64,000 nt of DNA. Source: an uncultured Gemmatimonadaceae bacterium. GTDB taxonomy: Bacteria; Gemmatimonadota; Gemmatimonadetes; Gemmatimonadales; GWC2-71-9. The position numbers were made by a program, and so were the translations under genes. The stretch spans positions 3,679-67,678 of the forward strand of contig CAZYIV010000006.1 in assembly GCA_964647615.1 (NCBI GenBank), given 5' to 3'. The notes below the pieces were generated by a model that was not told the DNA's origin, ran no database searches, and worked only from the letters and a program-made list of their open reading frames with translations. Of the stretch, positions 54,859 to 63,677 are shown in pieces; within the stretch, counting starts at the first letter, position 1, and every line of letters starts with the position of its first letter.

Positions 54859-57152
54859 GCGCTCTCCCATTCGCGCTCGAGGCCGGCATAGGCCACGAGC
54901 AGTTGCTTCACCCCGTGCTCCTCGTCGTCGAACTTCACCGACACCTTCAGGTCCCGCCCCGAGCCCGTCAGGCCCTGGATGACGCCGCTGCCGAAGCGAC
55001 GGTGCCGCACCCGCTCCCCCTTCACGTAGCGGGGGGCGTCCTGGGACACCTCGGCCTCGGCCGTGGCGCCCGACGCCGGAGCAACAAAATCGTCATCGAA
55101 GAAGGACTGTCGCCGCCCGGTGCCCCCGCTCCCCGGGCCGCTCCCGCGCCGGGGGGCGGCGGCGGCCCCCCAGTCCGGCGCCCACATGGAGCTGGTGCGG
55201 CGCTCGTCCAGCACCCCGGGCGGCAGCGCGGCCAGGAAGCGTGATGGCCGGCCCGGCATCAACTGCCCGCCGCGACGGCGGGCGCGGGCCCAGCTCAGGT
55301 ACAGCTTGTCCTTGGCGCGGGTGATACCAACGTAGCAGAGCCGGCGCTCTTCTTCGAGCCCGCGCTCCTGCTCCTCCGCCCGCGCCAGCGGGAACAGCCC
55401 GTCCTCCATGCCGGACAGGACCACCACCGGCCATTCCAGCCCCTTGGCGGTGTGCAGCGTCATCAGGGTGACGCCCTCGTTGGGACCCTGGATGCTGTCA
55501 TGCGAGGAGAGCAGCGCGGCCTCGGCCAGGAACCGCTCCAGCGGCGTGGTCTCCTCCTCGTCGCCCGGCTCGATCACCTCCGACCACTCCGCCGCGCTGG
55601 CGACGAGCTCGCGGACGTTCTCCCACCGGTCCATCCCCTCCGGCCCCTCGGCGACCAGCACCTGCTCGTAGTTGATGGAGTGGATCACCTGCTCCAGCAC
55701 CTGCGCGGGCGGCCAGGTGGCGGTGCGCTCGCGCAGGTCGCCGAGCAGCGTCGCGAACCCGGTGAGCGCCGCGCGCACGTTGGGCCGCATCCCCTGGATC
55801 ATCTCGGCGGCCTCGGCGGCCGCCAGCAGCGGCTTGCCCCATCGCTCCGCCGCCTCCGCCAGCTGGGCCAGGCTCGACTCGCCCAGGCCGCGCCGCGGCA
55901 CCGCGACCGCCCGCAGGAACGCCTCGTTGTCCGCCGGGTTGGCCAGCAGCCGGAGGTACGCCTGCAGGTCCTTCACCTCCCGCCGGTCGTAGAAGCTGAT
56001 CGCGCCGATGATGCGGTACGGGATCCCGGCGCGGCGGAAGGCTTCCTCGAGTGCCCGGGACTGGGAGTTGGTCCGGTAGAGCACGGCCATCTCGGGCCAG
56101 GCCCAGTCGCCCTTGTTGGCACGGGCCCGCAGTTCCGACACGATCCACTCCGCCTCGTCCCGCTCGTCGGCCGCGGCGGTGACGGTGACCTTCTCCCCGC
56201 CCTTCCGCATGGTGCGGAGGGTCTTCCCGAGCCGGTCGGTGTTCTCCTCGATGACCGCGTTGGCCGCATCGAGCACCACCTGGGTGGAGCGATAGTTGTC
56301 CTCCAGCCGCACCACCCGCGCCCCGCTGAAGTCCTGCAGGAACGACTGCATGTTGCGCACGTCGGCGCCACGCCAGCCGTAGATGGACTGGTCGTCATCG
56401 CCCACCGCGCAGACGTTGCCGTGCCGCCCCAGCTTCCGCACCAGCTGGTACTGGGCGGAGTTGGTGTCCTGGAACTCGTCCACCAGCAGGAACGCGAAGC
56501 GCTCCTGGTAGAACTGCAGCCGGTCGGGCCGCTCCCGGAACAGGGTGAGCGGATGCAGCATCAGGTCGTCGAAGTCCATCGCGTTCTGGGCCTTGAGCGC
56601 CTCGCCCAGGGCGCGGTACACGTCCGCGGCCACCTGCGCCGGCCGGTCGAACGGCGACGACGCCAGCGCGTCCGGCCCGGTCATGCGGTTCTTGGCGGCC
56701 GAGATCAGCGACTGGATGAGCTTGGGCGGAAACAGCTTGGTGGAATGCCCCCGCTGCTCCATCAGGCGGCGGATCAGCGAGAGCCGGTCGTCCTCGTCGT
56801 AGATCGTGAACTGGCGGGTGAAGCCGAGGGCCTCCGCCTCCCGCCGCAGCAGCCGGGCGGAGAGCGAATGGAAGGTCCCGATCCAGAGCCCCGACGGGTC
56901 GCGCCCGAGCAGGCGCCCCACCCGCTCCTTCATCTCTCCGGCGGCCTTGTTGGTGAAGGTCACCGCGAAGATCCGGCTGGGCGGGACGCCGGCCTCGTCG
57001 ATCAGCCGGGCGATGCGCATGGTGAGCACCCGGGTCTTCCCCGACCCCGCCCCGGCGACCACCAGCAGCGGCCCATGCACGTGCTCGACCGCCTCCCGCT
57101 GGGGCGGGTTCAGGCTGTCGAGGCCAAGCAGGGGGGCGTGGTCAGGCGGCAT
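54855..57152 (-). CDS. pcrA: ATP-dependent DNA helicase, UvrD/PcrA family
   Basis: Track ORF of 765 aa. AGAGSGKT Walker A, DEFQDT and the other SF1 motifs. Confidence 0.92.
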   Translation of the reverse strand: MPPDHAPLLGLDSLNPPQREAVEHVHGPLLVVAGAGSGKTRVLTMRIARLIDEAGVPPSRIFAVTFTNKAAGEMKERVGRLLGRDPSGLWIGTFHSLSARLLRREAEALGFTRQFTIYDEDDRLSLIRRLMEQRGHSTKLFPPKLIQSLISAAKNRMTGPDALASSPFDRPAQVAADVYRALGEALKAQNAMDFDDLMLHPLTLFRERPDRLQFYQERFAFLLVDEFQDTNSAQYQLVRKLGRHGNVCAVGDDDQSIYGWRGADVRNMQSFLQDFSGARVVRLEDNYRSTQVVLDAANAVIEENTDRLGKTLRTMRKGGEKVTVTAAADERDEAEWIVSELRARANKGDWAWPEMAVLYRTNSQSRALEEAFRRAGIPYRIIGAISFYDRREVKDLQAYLRLLANPADNEAFLRAVAVPRRGLGESSLAQLAEAAERWGKPLLAAAEAAEMIQGMRPNVRAALTGFATLLGDLRERTATWPPAQVLEQVIHSINYEQVLVAEGPEGMDRWENVRELVASAAEWSEVIEPGDEEETTPLERFLAEAALLSSHDSIQGPNEGVTLMTLHTAKGLEWPVVVLSGMEDGLFPLARAEEQERGLEEERRLCYVGITRAKDKLYLSWARARRRGGQLMPGRPSRFLAALPPGVLDERRTSSMWAPDWGAAAAPRRGSGPGSGGTGRRQSFFDDDFVAPASGATAEAEVSQDAPRYVKGERVRHRRFGSGVIQGLTGSGRDLKVSVKFDDEEHGVKQLLVAYAGLEREWESA

Positions 57153-58299
57153 GAAGCGGGATCCGGATCAGGAAGGTGGCGCCGGGCTCGCTGGATTCGA
57201 GGAGCAGTTCGCCGCCGTGGGAGTCCTCCACGACGCGGCGTGCGAGGGCGAGCCCGATGCCCCAGCCGCTGGACTTGGTGGTGATGCCGGCCTCGAAGAT
57301 GTTCCGGCGCAGTTCGCCCGGGATCCCCGGTCCGTCGTCCATGACCCGCATCGCGACCGCATCCCCCTCGAGGTCCACCCGGATGACGATGTTGCCCTCG
57401 CGGCCGGTGAGGGCGTCAATGGCGTTCTTGACCAGCGACTCCAGCGCCCATTCCAGCAGGATCGGGTCGCCCAGCACCACCGGGCCGGTATCCGGCGCGT
57501 CCACGCTGAGCAGGATGCGATTGGCCCGGCTGGGGAGCCGGGGCCGGAAGTACTCCGCGATCTTCCGCGCCAGCTCGCCGGCGTCGACTGGCTGGCGCTT
57601 GATCGCGTGGCCGATGCGCTCGAACCGCTGCGCCACCCGCTCCAGCCGCTCGGCGTCGGCTTCGAGGTGCTCCGCCAGGCGGGGCGGCGGCGCCGCCCGC
57701 GAGCGCAGCTGCTCGATCCAGCCCTGCAGGCTCATCAGCGGCGTCCCCATCTGGTGCGCCGCCTCCCGCGCCATCGCCACCCAGAGGCGGTCCCGCTGGG
57801 CCATCATCGCGTTGCGGTAGGCCGCGAAGCCGACCGTGATGATGGTGAGCAGGATCGTGGCCTGGAGGATGGTGAGCGCGGTGAGCTGCTGCTTGGTGGG
57901 TACCGGGCCGTAATGCAGCGTCCCGAGGCTTGGCTCGCTGATCGGGGGGTTCTCGCGGTCCAGCTCCAGCGCAAAGGCGCGCACCCGCGGGTCGTCCGGC
58001 TGGGCCTCGAAGGGAAGGTTGGCCGCCGCGGTGACCCGCCCCGCCGTGTCGGTCACCACCAGCGGGATTCCCACCCGCCGCACCTGCTCCCCCAGCCGGA
58101 GCAGCGCATCCACCGCGGCGCCCTCGCGCGGGTCGTTCAGTCCGGCAAAGACGCCGGCGTAGAGCCGGCTGATCGCCGTGGCATCGTTCTGGAAGTGCTT
58201 CACCACGATCCACCCGGACCCCGCCGACAGCCCCAGCAGGAGCAGCACCAGCAGCACCACCAGCGCCGGCGCGAACCGGCGCAGGTTGCGCCTACGCAC
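57142..58299 (-). CDS. sensor histidine kinase (orphan; no adjacent response regulator)
   Basis: C-terminal 385 aa of track ORF 57142..58659. GTG 58299. Two TM segments flank a periplasmic segment. H-box AHQMGTPL. DDGPGIP and GWGIGLALA ATP-binding boxes. Confidence 0.8.
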   Translation of the reverse strand: MRRRNLRRFAPALVVLLVLLLLGLSAGSGWIVVKHFQNDATAISRLYAGVFAGLNDPREGAAVDALLRLGEQVRRVGIPLVVTDTAGRVTAAANLPFEAQPDDPRVRAFALELDRENPPISEPSLGTLHYGPVPTKQQLTALTILQATILLTIITVGFAAYRNAMMAQRDRLWVAMAREAAHQMGTPLMSLQGWIEQLRSRAAPPPRLAEHLEADAERLERVAQRFERIGHAIKRQPVDAGELARKIAEYFRPRLPSRANRILLSVDAPDTGPVVLGDPILLEWALESLVKNAIDALTGREGNIVIRVDLEGDAVAMRVMDDGPGIPGELRRNIFEAGITTKSSGWGIGLALARRVVEDSHGGELLLESSEPGATFLIRIPLHAA

Positions 58300-59575
58300 G
58301 CGGCACGAGCCGGTCGGTGCCGAGGTACGGCGCCAGGGCCGGTGGCACCCGCACCGACCCGTCCGCCTGCTGGTTGTTCTCGAGCAGCGCGATGATCGTC
58401 CGGGGAAACGCCACGCCCGAGGCGTTGAGGGTGTGCGCGAACTCCGGCTTGGCACCCGCCTCGCGGCGGAAGCGGATGCCCGCTCGCCTGGCCTGGAAGT
58501 CGGTGAAGGTGCTGGCGCTCGAGACCTCCAGCCAGGCCCCCACTCCCACGGCCCAGACCTCGAGGTCGTAGGTGCAGGCACTCGCGAATCCGGTGTCGCC
58601 GGCCGCGAGCGCCAGCCGGCGGTACGGCAGCCCCAGCCGTTCCAGCACGGTTTCGGCATGCCGGGTCATCAGCTCGTGCTGCTCGGGGCTCTCCTCCGGG
58701 CGGCAGAAGCGGACCAGCTCCACCTTGTCGAACTGGTGCACCCGGATGAGCCCGCGGGTATCCTTCCCCGCCGCGCCCGCCTCGCGCCGGAAGCAGGGGG
58801 TCCAGGCGCAGTAGCCGAACGGCAACCGCCCCGGCTCCAGGATCTCCTCCCGGTGGATGTTGGTGACCGGCACCTCGGCGGTGGGGATCAGGAACAGGTC
58901 ATCCGCGCCGGCGAGGTACAGGTCTTCCTCGAACTTGGGCAGCTGCCCCGTCCCCGTCATCGTGGCCCGGTTCACCAGGAACGGCGGGGCGATCTCGGTG
59001 TACCCGTGCTCCACGGTGTGGAGGTCCAGCAGGAAGTTCTTCAGCGCCCGGACCAGCCGCGCCCCCGCCCCGGTGAAGAGCGGAAACCCCGAGCCGGTCA
59101 GCTTGGCGCCCCGCGGGAGGTCGAAGAGGCCCAGCGTCTCGCCCAGCTCCCAGTGCGGCTTCGGGGTGAAGCCGAGCACGGGCTTCGTGCCGACTTCCTT
59201 GCGGACCGTGTTGGCGCTGGCGTCTCCGTCGGGCACCGAGGGCAGCAGCAGGTTCGGCAGCCGCAGGGCGACCGCGTCCAGCTCCTCGTCGATGCCCCGC
59301 ACCTCGGCGTCGAGCGCCTTGACCTCGTCGCCCGAGCGCTTGAGCTGCGCCAGCAGCTCCTCCGCCGGCTCCTTGGCCTTCTTGCGCCGGGCCACCTCGT
59401 CGCTGGCCGCGTTGCGCTCCGCCTTGAGCGCCTCCGCGCGGGTCAGCACCTCGCGCCGGCGCCGGTCCAGCTCGGCCAGCTGGTCCACCTGGGCATCCAG
59501 GGCAGGATCGAGCCGGCGCGCGAGCTGGGCCCGGAAGCCCGCGACGTCCTGGCGCAACAGCTTGATGTCAATCAC
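58292..59575 (-). CDS. serS: serine--tRNA ligase
   Basis: Track ORF of 427 aa. N-terminal coiled coil and class II motifs (FRREAG, GSGFPL). Confidence 0.95.
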   Translation of the reverse strand: MIDIKLLRQDVAGFRAQLARRLDPALDAQVDQLAELDRRRREVLTRAEALKAERNAASDEVARRKKAKEPAEELLAQLKRSGDEVKALDAEVRGIDEELDAVALRLPNLLLPSVPDGDASANTVRKEVGTKPVLGFTPKPHWELGETLGLFDLPRGAKLTGSGFPLFTGAGARLVRALKNFLLDLHTVEHGYTEIAPPFLVNRATMTGTGQLPKFEEDLYLAGADDLFLIPTAEVPVTNIHREEILEPGRLPFGYCAWTPCFRREAGAAGKDTRGLIRVHQFDKVELVRFCRPEESPEQHELMTRHAETVLERLGLPYRRLALAAGDTGFASACTYDLEVWAVGVGAWLEVSSASTFTDFQARRAGIRFRREAGAKPEFAHTLNASGVAFPRTIIALLENNQQADGSVRVPPALAPYLGTDRLVPRA

Positions 59576-59581
59576 GGGGGG

Positions 59582-60148
59582 TCAGTCCTTCGGGATGCCC
59601 AGGCCCAGGCCGCGGTAGGCGCAATTCTGGTTGGCCAGGACCCGCAGCTCCACCGTGCCGGCGGCGGTGTCCACCGCCAGGATTTCGAGCTTGCCGTAGA
59701 GCGGCACGCCGTAGATCGAGCAGGTGTTCACCCCGGTGCGGAGGAAGTACCGGTCGCCCACGTGGGCGACGACGGTGTCCGCCGTGGTGTACCCGTTCAA
59801 CGCGCCGCGCTTCATCTGGTCGAATCCGAGGGAGGTCGGCTTGAGCCCCGGCTTGAGCGAGGTGGCGCTCGCGAGGCCCAGCACGTCGAGCGGGAGCAGC
59901 AGCGCCCGGCCGGCGGAATCGATCGTGAAGGCGAACTCGAAGTTGGTGCCCACCTCCCAGGTGCGGACCCCGCTCCGCGCGTTGAGCGAGTAGGCCGAAG
60001 GCTTGTCGAGCGGTCCGCTGGCAAGCGACCACAAGGTGAGAGTGTCCACCTCGTTGGTCAGGCTGGCCTTGGGGATCGCATTCGGGTCGCTGCAGGCCGC
60101 GGCGAGCGCCAGGCTCAGCACGATGCACCATGGACGGGCACGAGTCAT
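59582..60148 (-). CDS. hypothetical lipoprotein
   Basis: Track ORF of 188 aa. MTRARPWCIVLSLALAAACSD has a AAAC lipobox. Beta-rich with two further Cys. It is the first gene of the serS-gatCAB string. Confidence 0.6.
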   Translation of the reverse strand: MTRARPWCIVLSLALAAACSDPNAIPKASLTNEVDTLTLWSLASGPLDKPSAYSLNARSGVRTWEVGTNFEFAFTIDSAGRALLLPLDVLGLASATSLKPGLKPTSLGFDQMKRGALNGYTTADTVVAHVGDRYFLRTGVNTCSIYGVPLYGKLEILAVDTAAGTVELRVLANQNCAYRGLGLGIPKD

Positions 60149-60154
60149 GGGGCA

Positions 60155-60183
60155 ATTCTAGGGGGGCGGCAAAACGGGGTCAA
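60155..60183 (-). promoter_or_regulatory. promoter TTGACC-N17-TAGAAT, 6 nt before ATG 60148 (leaderless geometry)
   Basis: Minus-strand read: TTGACC-ccgttttgccgcccccc-TAGAAT-tgcccc-ATG. Confidence 0.6.
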
Positions 60184-60197
60184 CCCACAGTCATTCC

Positions 60198-60227
60198 TTG
60201 ACTTCGAGCCACCGCTCCCCCTACAAT
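60198..60227 (+). promoter_or_regulatory. promoter TTGACT-N18-TACAAT for the Roadblock operon
   Basis: Read directly. A 39-nt leader with GGAG lies 8 nt before ATG 60267. Back-to-back with the minus-strand promoter at 60155-60183. Confidence 0.55.
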
Positions 60228-60266
60228 CCGGGCAGTCCTCCCCCTCTCCATACCGGAGTCACACCG

Positions 60267-60620
60267 ATGCCCGGCCTGCGCGACGTCGTCCAGGAGCTCG
60301 CCGCCCGCCCCGATGTGGATGCCGTGGTGGTGCTGAGCAGCGATGGCCTGCCGATCGACTCCGCCGGCCGCTCCGTGGTGGATGTCGAGGCGGTTGCGGC
60401 GCTCGCGGCGACGTTCGCCAACGGCGCCCGGCGCCTGGGCCAGGCCGCCGAGTGCGACGGCTTCGCCGCCGGGGTGCTGGAGTTCCGCGGCCGCCTCGCG
60501 ATCCTGCGGCCACTGGGCGACGAGGGCCACCTCTTCATCCTCGGGACCGTCGAGACCAATCTCGGCGCCCTGCTGCACGACCTCCGGCGCCGCGCGCCGG
60601 ACCTGGCCGTCATCCTCTGA
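60267..60620 (+). CDS. Roadblock/LC7 (MglB-like) domain protein
   Basis: C-terminal 117 aa of track ORF 60198..60620. ATG 60267. The pattern L...P.V.AVVVLSSDGLPI......D.E..AA......G..........G......E...G.L.I.P is typical of Robl_LC7. Confidence 0.75.
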   Translation: MPGLRDVVQELAARPDVDAVVVLSSDGLPIDSAGRSVVDVEAVAALAATFANGARRLGQAAECDGFAAGVLEFRGRLAILRPLGDEGHLFILGTVETNLGALLHDLRRRAPDLAVIL

Positions 60621-60638
60621 CCTCACCCGCCGACTGAC

Positions 60639-61667
60639 ATGCGCTGGGCCGTGATCCTGGCGGGGGGCTCCGGCAGCCGCTTCTGGCCGCTGAGCACCCC
60701 CTCCAAGCCGAAGCAACTGCTGCCGCTCGCCGGCGAGCGCTCCACCGCGGAGCAGGCCGTGGACCGGCTCGAGGGCCTGGTGCCGCGCGAGCGCATCCTC
60801 GTGGTGACCGGCGCCGCCCTGGCCCCGCAGCTCCAGGCGGCGATGGGCCTCCCCGCCGCGAACATGCTGATCGAGCCCCGCGCGGCGTCCACCGCACCCG
60901 CGCTGGTGTGGGCCACCTGGGAGGCCCAGCGCCGCGATCCCGAGGCGGAGGTGCTCTCGCTGCACGCCGACTGGGCGGTGCGCGAGGACGCCGTCTTCCG
61001 CCACACCGCGGAACAGGCGCTCGACACCGCGCGCCGGCATGGCCGCCTGGTGACCGTCGGCATCCTCCCCTCCCGCCCCGAGACCGGCTTCGGGTACATC
61101 GTCGCCGGGCCGCCGCTCGACGACATCGCCCGCAGCGTCACCCGGTTCACCGAGAAGCCCGACGCCGCCACTGCACTCGACCTGATGGCCTCCGGCGCAC
61201 TGTGGAACAGCGGGCTCTTCGCCTGGACCGCCGCAGACCTGCTGGCGGAGGTGGAGGTGCACACACCGGAGCTGGCGCCCCATCTCGGCCGCCTGGCGGA
61301 TGGGGACGTGGCCGGCTTCTTCGCGGCGGTGACCCCGGTGTCCATCGACGTGGGTGTGCTGGAGCGCAGCAAGTCGGTGGCGGTGGTCGCGGGCCGGTTC
61401 ACCTGGGACGACGTCGGCACCTGGGATGCGCTCGCCCGGGTCCGCCGCAAGGACGCCCGCGGGAACGTGGTCCAGGGCCCGGTCCTACTCATCAACTGCG
61501 ACGACTGCGTGGTCTGGGCCGACGGGGATCCCATCGTCCTGAGCGACGTGAAGGACCTGGTGGTGGTGCAGGCGAATGGCCGCACGCTGGTGCTTCCGCG
61601 GGAGCGGGCAGCCCAGCTCAAGACGGTGCTCGACCAGCTGCCGGCCGGGGTCCGGGACCTCCCGTGA
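60639..61667 (+). CDS. mannose-1-phosphate guanylyltransferase-like sugar nucleotidyltransferase
   Basis: Track ORF of 342 aa. ILAGGSGSRFWPLS signature. No C-terminal isomerase (cupin) domain. Confidence 0.85.
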   Translation: MRWAVILAGGSGSRFWPLSTPSKPKQLLPLAGERSTAEQAVDRLEGLVPRERILVVTGAALAPQLQAAMGLPAANMLIEPRAASTAPALVWATWEAQRRDPEAEVLSLHADWAVREDAVFRHTAEQALDTARRHGRLVTVGILPSRPETGFGYIVAGPPLDDIARSVTRFTEKPDAATALDLMASGALWNSGLFAWTAADLLAEVEVHTPELAPHLGRLADGDVAGFFAAVTPVSIDVGVLERSKSVAVVAGRFTWDDVGTWDALARVRRKDARGNVVQGPVLLINCDDCVVWADGDPIVLSDVKDLVVVQANGRTLVLPRERAAQLKTVLDQLPAGVRDLP

Positions 61668-62833
61668 CCCTGTACCTGCTCGAGCCGGCCACGCCGGGGC
61701 TCGAGTGGGCCCCCTTCGCCGGGGTGCGCCCGCTGGCCGAGCTCCGCGCCGGCGTGTGGAAGGTGCGGGAGCGGTGGGAGGCCGCGTTCGACCGGGACAG
61801 CGCCGCAATCCTCGGGGCCCATGTCGCCGGCTTTCACGAGCTGGACGAGCCGCCGGTGCAGGCGCCCGGGCCGGTGCCGGGCCCGGCCATCGTCGCCGCT
61901 TCGTGGTTCGCGCCGGTGGGCACGCCGATCATCCTCGCCCCGACCACCCGGCGCCTGACCCACGGCGGTGAGACCGTGGCGTGGGTGGTGCCGGCGGATG
62001 CCCGCTGGTCCGCCCCCGACGACAGCGGCGAGGCACTGGAGGTGGACGGCCTGCGGCTCAAGGGCGCGTTCGACCTGCTCACCGCGCAGGAGCGCTACCT
62101 CGGCCCCGACTGCCTCGGTTTCGCGGCGGGGGCCGTGGACCCGGTCCCCGCCGGCAGCATCGTGCTCGGCGACGCCCAGCTGGTCTTCTGCCGCGGCGCC
62201 CTGGTGGAACCCGGCGTGGTGTTCGACACCCGGCATGGGGCCATCGTGCTGGAAGCGGGCGTCGAGGTGCGCCACGGCACCCGGCTCGAGGGTCCGCTCC
62301 ATGCCGGCGAGAAGTCCCGGCTGCTCGGCGGGCACCTCCGCGCCAGCGTCTTCGGCCCCCGCTGCAGCGTGAAGGGCGAGGTCAGCAACTCCCTCTTCCT
62401 CGGCTACGCCAACAAGAGCCACGATGGCTTCGTGGGCCACAGCGTGCTGGGCCACTGGGTGAACCTGGGCGCGCTCACCACCACGTCCAACCTCAAGAAC
62501 ACCTACGGCAAGGTGCAGCTGGCGGTCGACGGCCACTCCATCGCCACCGGCCGGCAGTTCCTCGGGAGCCTGATCGGCGACCACGCCAAGACGGCGATCG
62601 GCACCATGCTCTCCACCGGCACCGTCGTCGGCGCCGGCGCCAACGTGTTCGGCCCCACCACGCCCCCCAAGCACGTCCCCGCCTTCGCCTGGGGCAGCAC
62701 CGCGATCGAACGGATGACGGAGGACGGGTTCCTGACCGTGGCCGAGCGGGTCCTGCCCCGGCGCGACGTCGCCTGGACCCCGGAGCGCGCCGACGCCCTC
62801 CGCACGATGTACCGACGCCAGACCGGGCGGTGA
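61664..62833 (+). CDS. GlmU-like protein with a left-handed beta-helix (hexapeptide repeat) C-terminal domain
   Basis: C-terminal 389 aa of track ORF 60908..62833. GTG 61664 (GTGA overlap). Hexapeptide-like repeats (GVVFDTRHGAIVLEAGVEVRHGTRLEG...). The function is tentative. Confidence 0.7.
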   Translation: MTLYLLEPATPGLEWAPFAGVRPLAELRAGVWKVRERWEAAFDRDSAAILGAHVAGFHELDEPPVQAPGPVPGPAIVAASWFAPVGTPIILAPTTRRLTHGGETVAWVVPADARWSAPDDSGEALEVDGLRLKGAFDLLTAQERYLGPDCLGFAAGAVDPVPAGSIVLGDAQLVFCRGALVEPGVVFDTRHGAIVLEAGVEVRHGTRLEGPLHAGEKSRLLGGHLRASVFGPRCSVKGEVSNSLFLGYANKSHDGFVGHSVLGHWVNLGALTTTSNLKNTYGKVQLAVDGHSIATGRQFLGSLIGDHAKTAIGTMLSTGTVVGAGANVFGPTTPPKHVPAFAWGSTAIERMTEDGFLTVAERVLPRRDVAWTPERADALRTMYRRQTGR

Positions 62834-63618
62834 CCACCCTCCACGTCCTCGGCTCGGGCTCCGCGGGCAACGCGCTGGCGATCGCCAGCGACGGCGCGGT
62901 GCTCCTCATTGACGCCGGCTTCAGCGCCCGCGAGCTGGAGCGGCGCGCCGCCCTGGCGGCGCTCGACCTCTCCCACGCCGTCGGCCTGGTGCTCACCCAC
63001 GAGCATGGTGACCACACCGCCGGCGCCGCCCGCCTCGCGAAGAAGCTCGGCATCCCCATCCTGACCGCGCCGGGCACCTGGGATCGGCTCCGGCCCAAGA
63101 TGCCGACCGCCTCGTTCGTGCCCCTCATCCTGCTCGGCTCGGTGACCCACGCCGGCTTCACCATCGAGGCCTGCCCCACCAGCCACGATGCCGCGGAGCC
63201 GGTGGCGGTCTCGGTCCGCACCCCGATGGGACACCGGATCGCGCTCGCCTACGATCTCGGGCGCCCCACCACCGCCGTCCGCTACCTGCTGCGCCAGGCC
63301 CACGCGGTGGTCCTGGAGGCGAACCACGACGAGGTCCTGCTCCGGACGAGCGGGTACCCGCCGGTGGTGCAGGAGCGGATCGCGGGGTCCGGCGGGCACC
63401 TCAGCAACCGCGCCGCCGCCGAGCTGCTGGGAGAGATCCTGCATCCGGGGCTGGAAGTGGTGGTGCTGGCGCACCTGAGCGCCCGCTGCAACACCGCCGA
63501 GCACGCGCGCGCCGAAATCTCCCCCGCCCTGGCCGGCCACCCGGCCCGGCTCCATGTGGCCGAACAGGACACGCCCCTCCAGGCGATCGTGCTCACGGGA
63601 CCGGGCCAGCTCCTCTGA
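62830..63618 (+). CDS. MBL-fold metallo-hydrolase
   Basis: C-terminal 262 aa of track ORF 61981..63618. GTG 62830 (GTGA overlap). LTHEHGDH motif. Confidence 0.8.
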   Translation: MTTLHVLGSGSAGNALAIASDGAVLLIDAGFSARELERRAALAALDLSHAVGLVLTHEHGDHTAGAARLAKKLGIPILTAPGTWDRLRPKMPTASFVPLILLGSVTHAGFTIEACPTSHDAAEPVAVSVRTPMGHRIALAYDLGRPTTAVRYLLRQAHAVVLEANHDEVLLRTSGYPPVVQERIAGSGGHLSNRAAAELLGEILHPGLEVVVLAHLSARCNTAEHARAEISPALAGHPARLHVAEQDTPLQAIVLTGPGQLL

Positions 63619-63626
63619 CAACGCAA

Positions 63627-63657
63627 ACGGGGGCGGCCCCGTTGGGACCGCCCCCGT
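63627..63657. terminator. hairpin between convergent genes
   Basis: ACGGGGGCGG-(11 nt)-CCGCCCCCGT, a perfect 10-bp stem, lying 9 nt after the stop at 63618. Confidence 0.55.
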
Positions 63658-63677
63658 CCTGTCCTGCTCCGGTCTGC

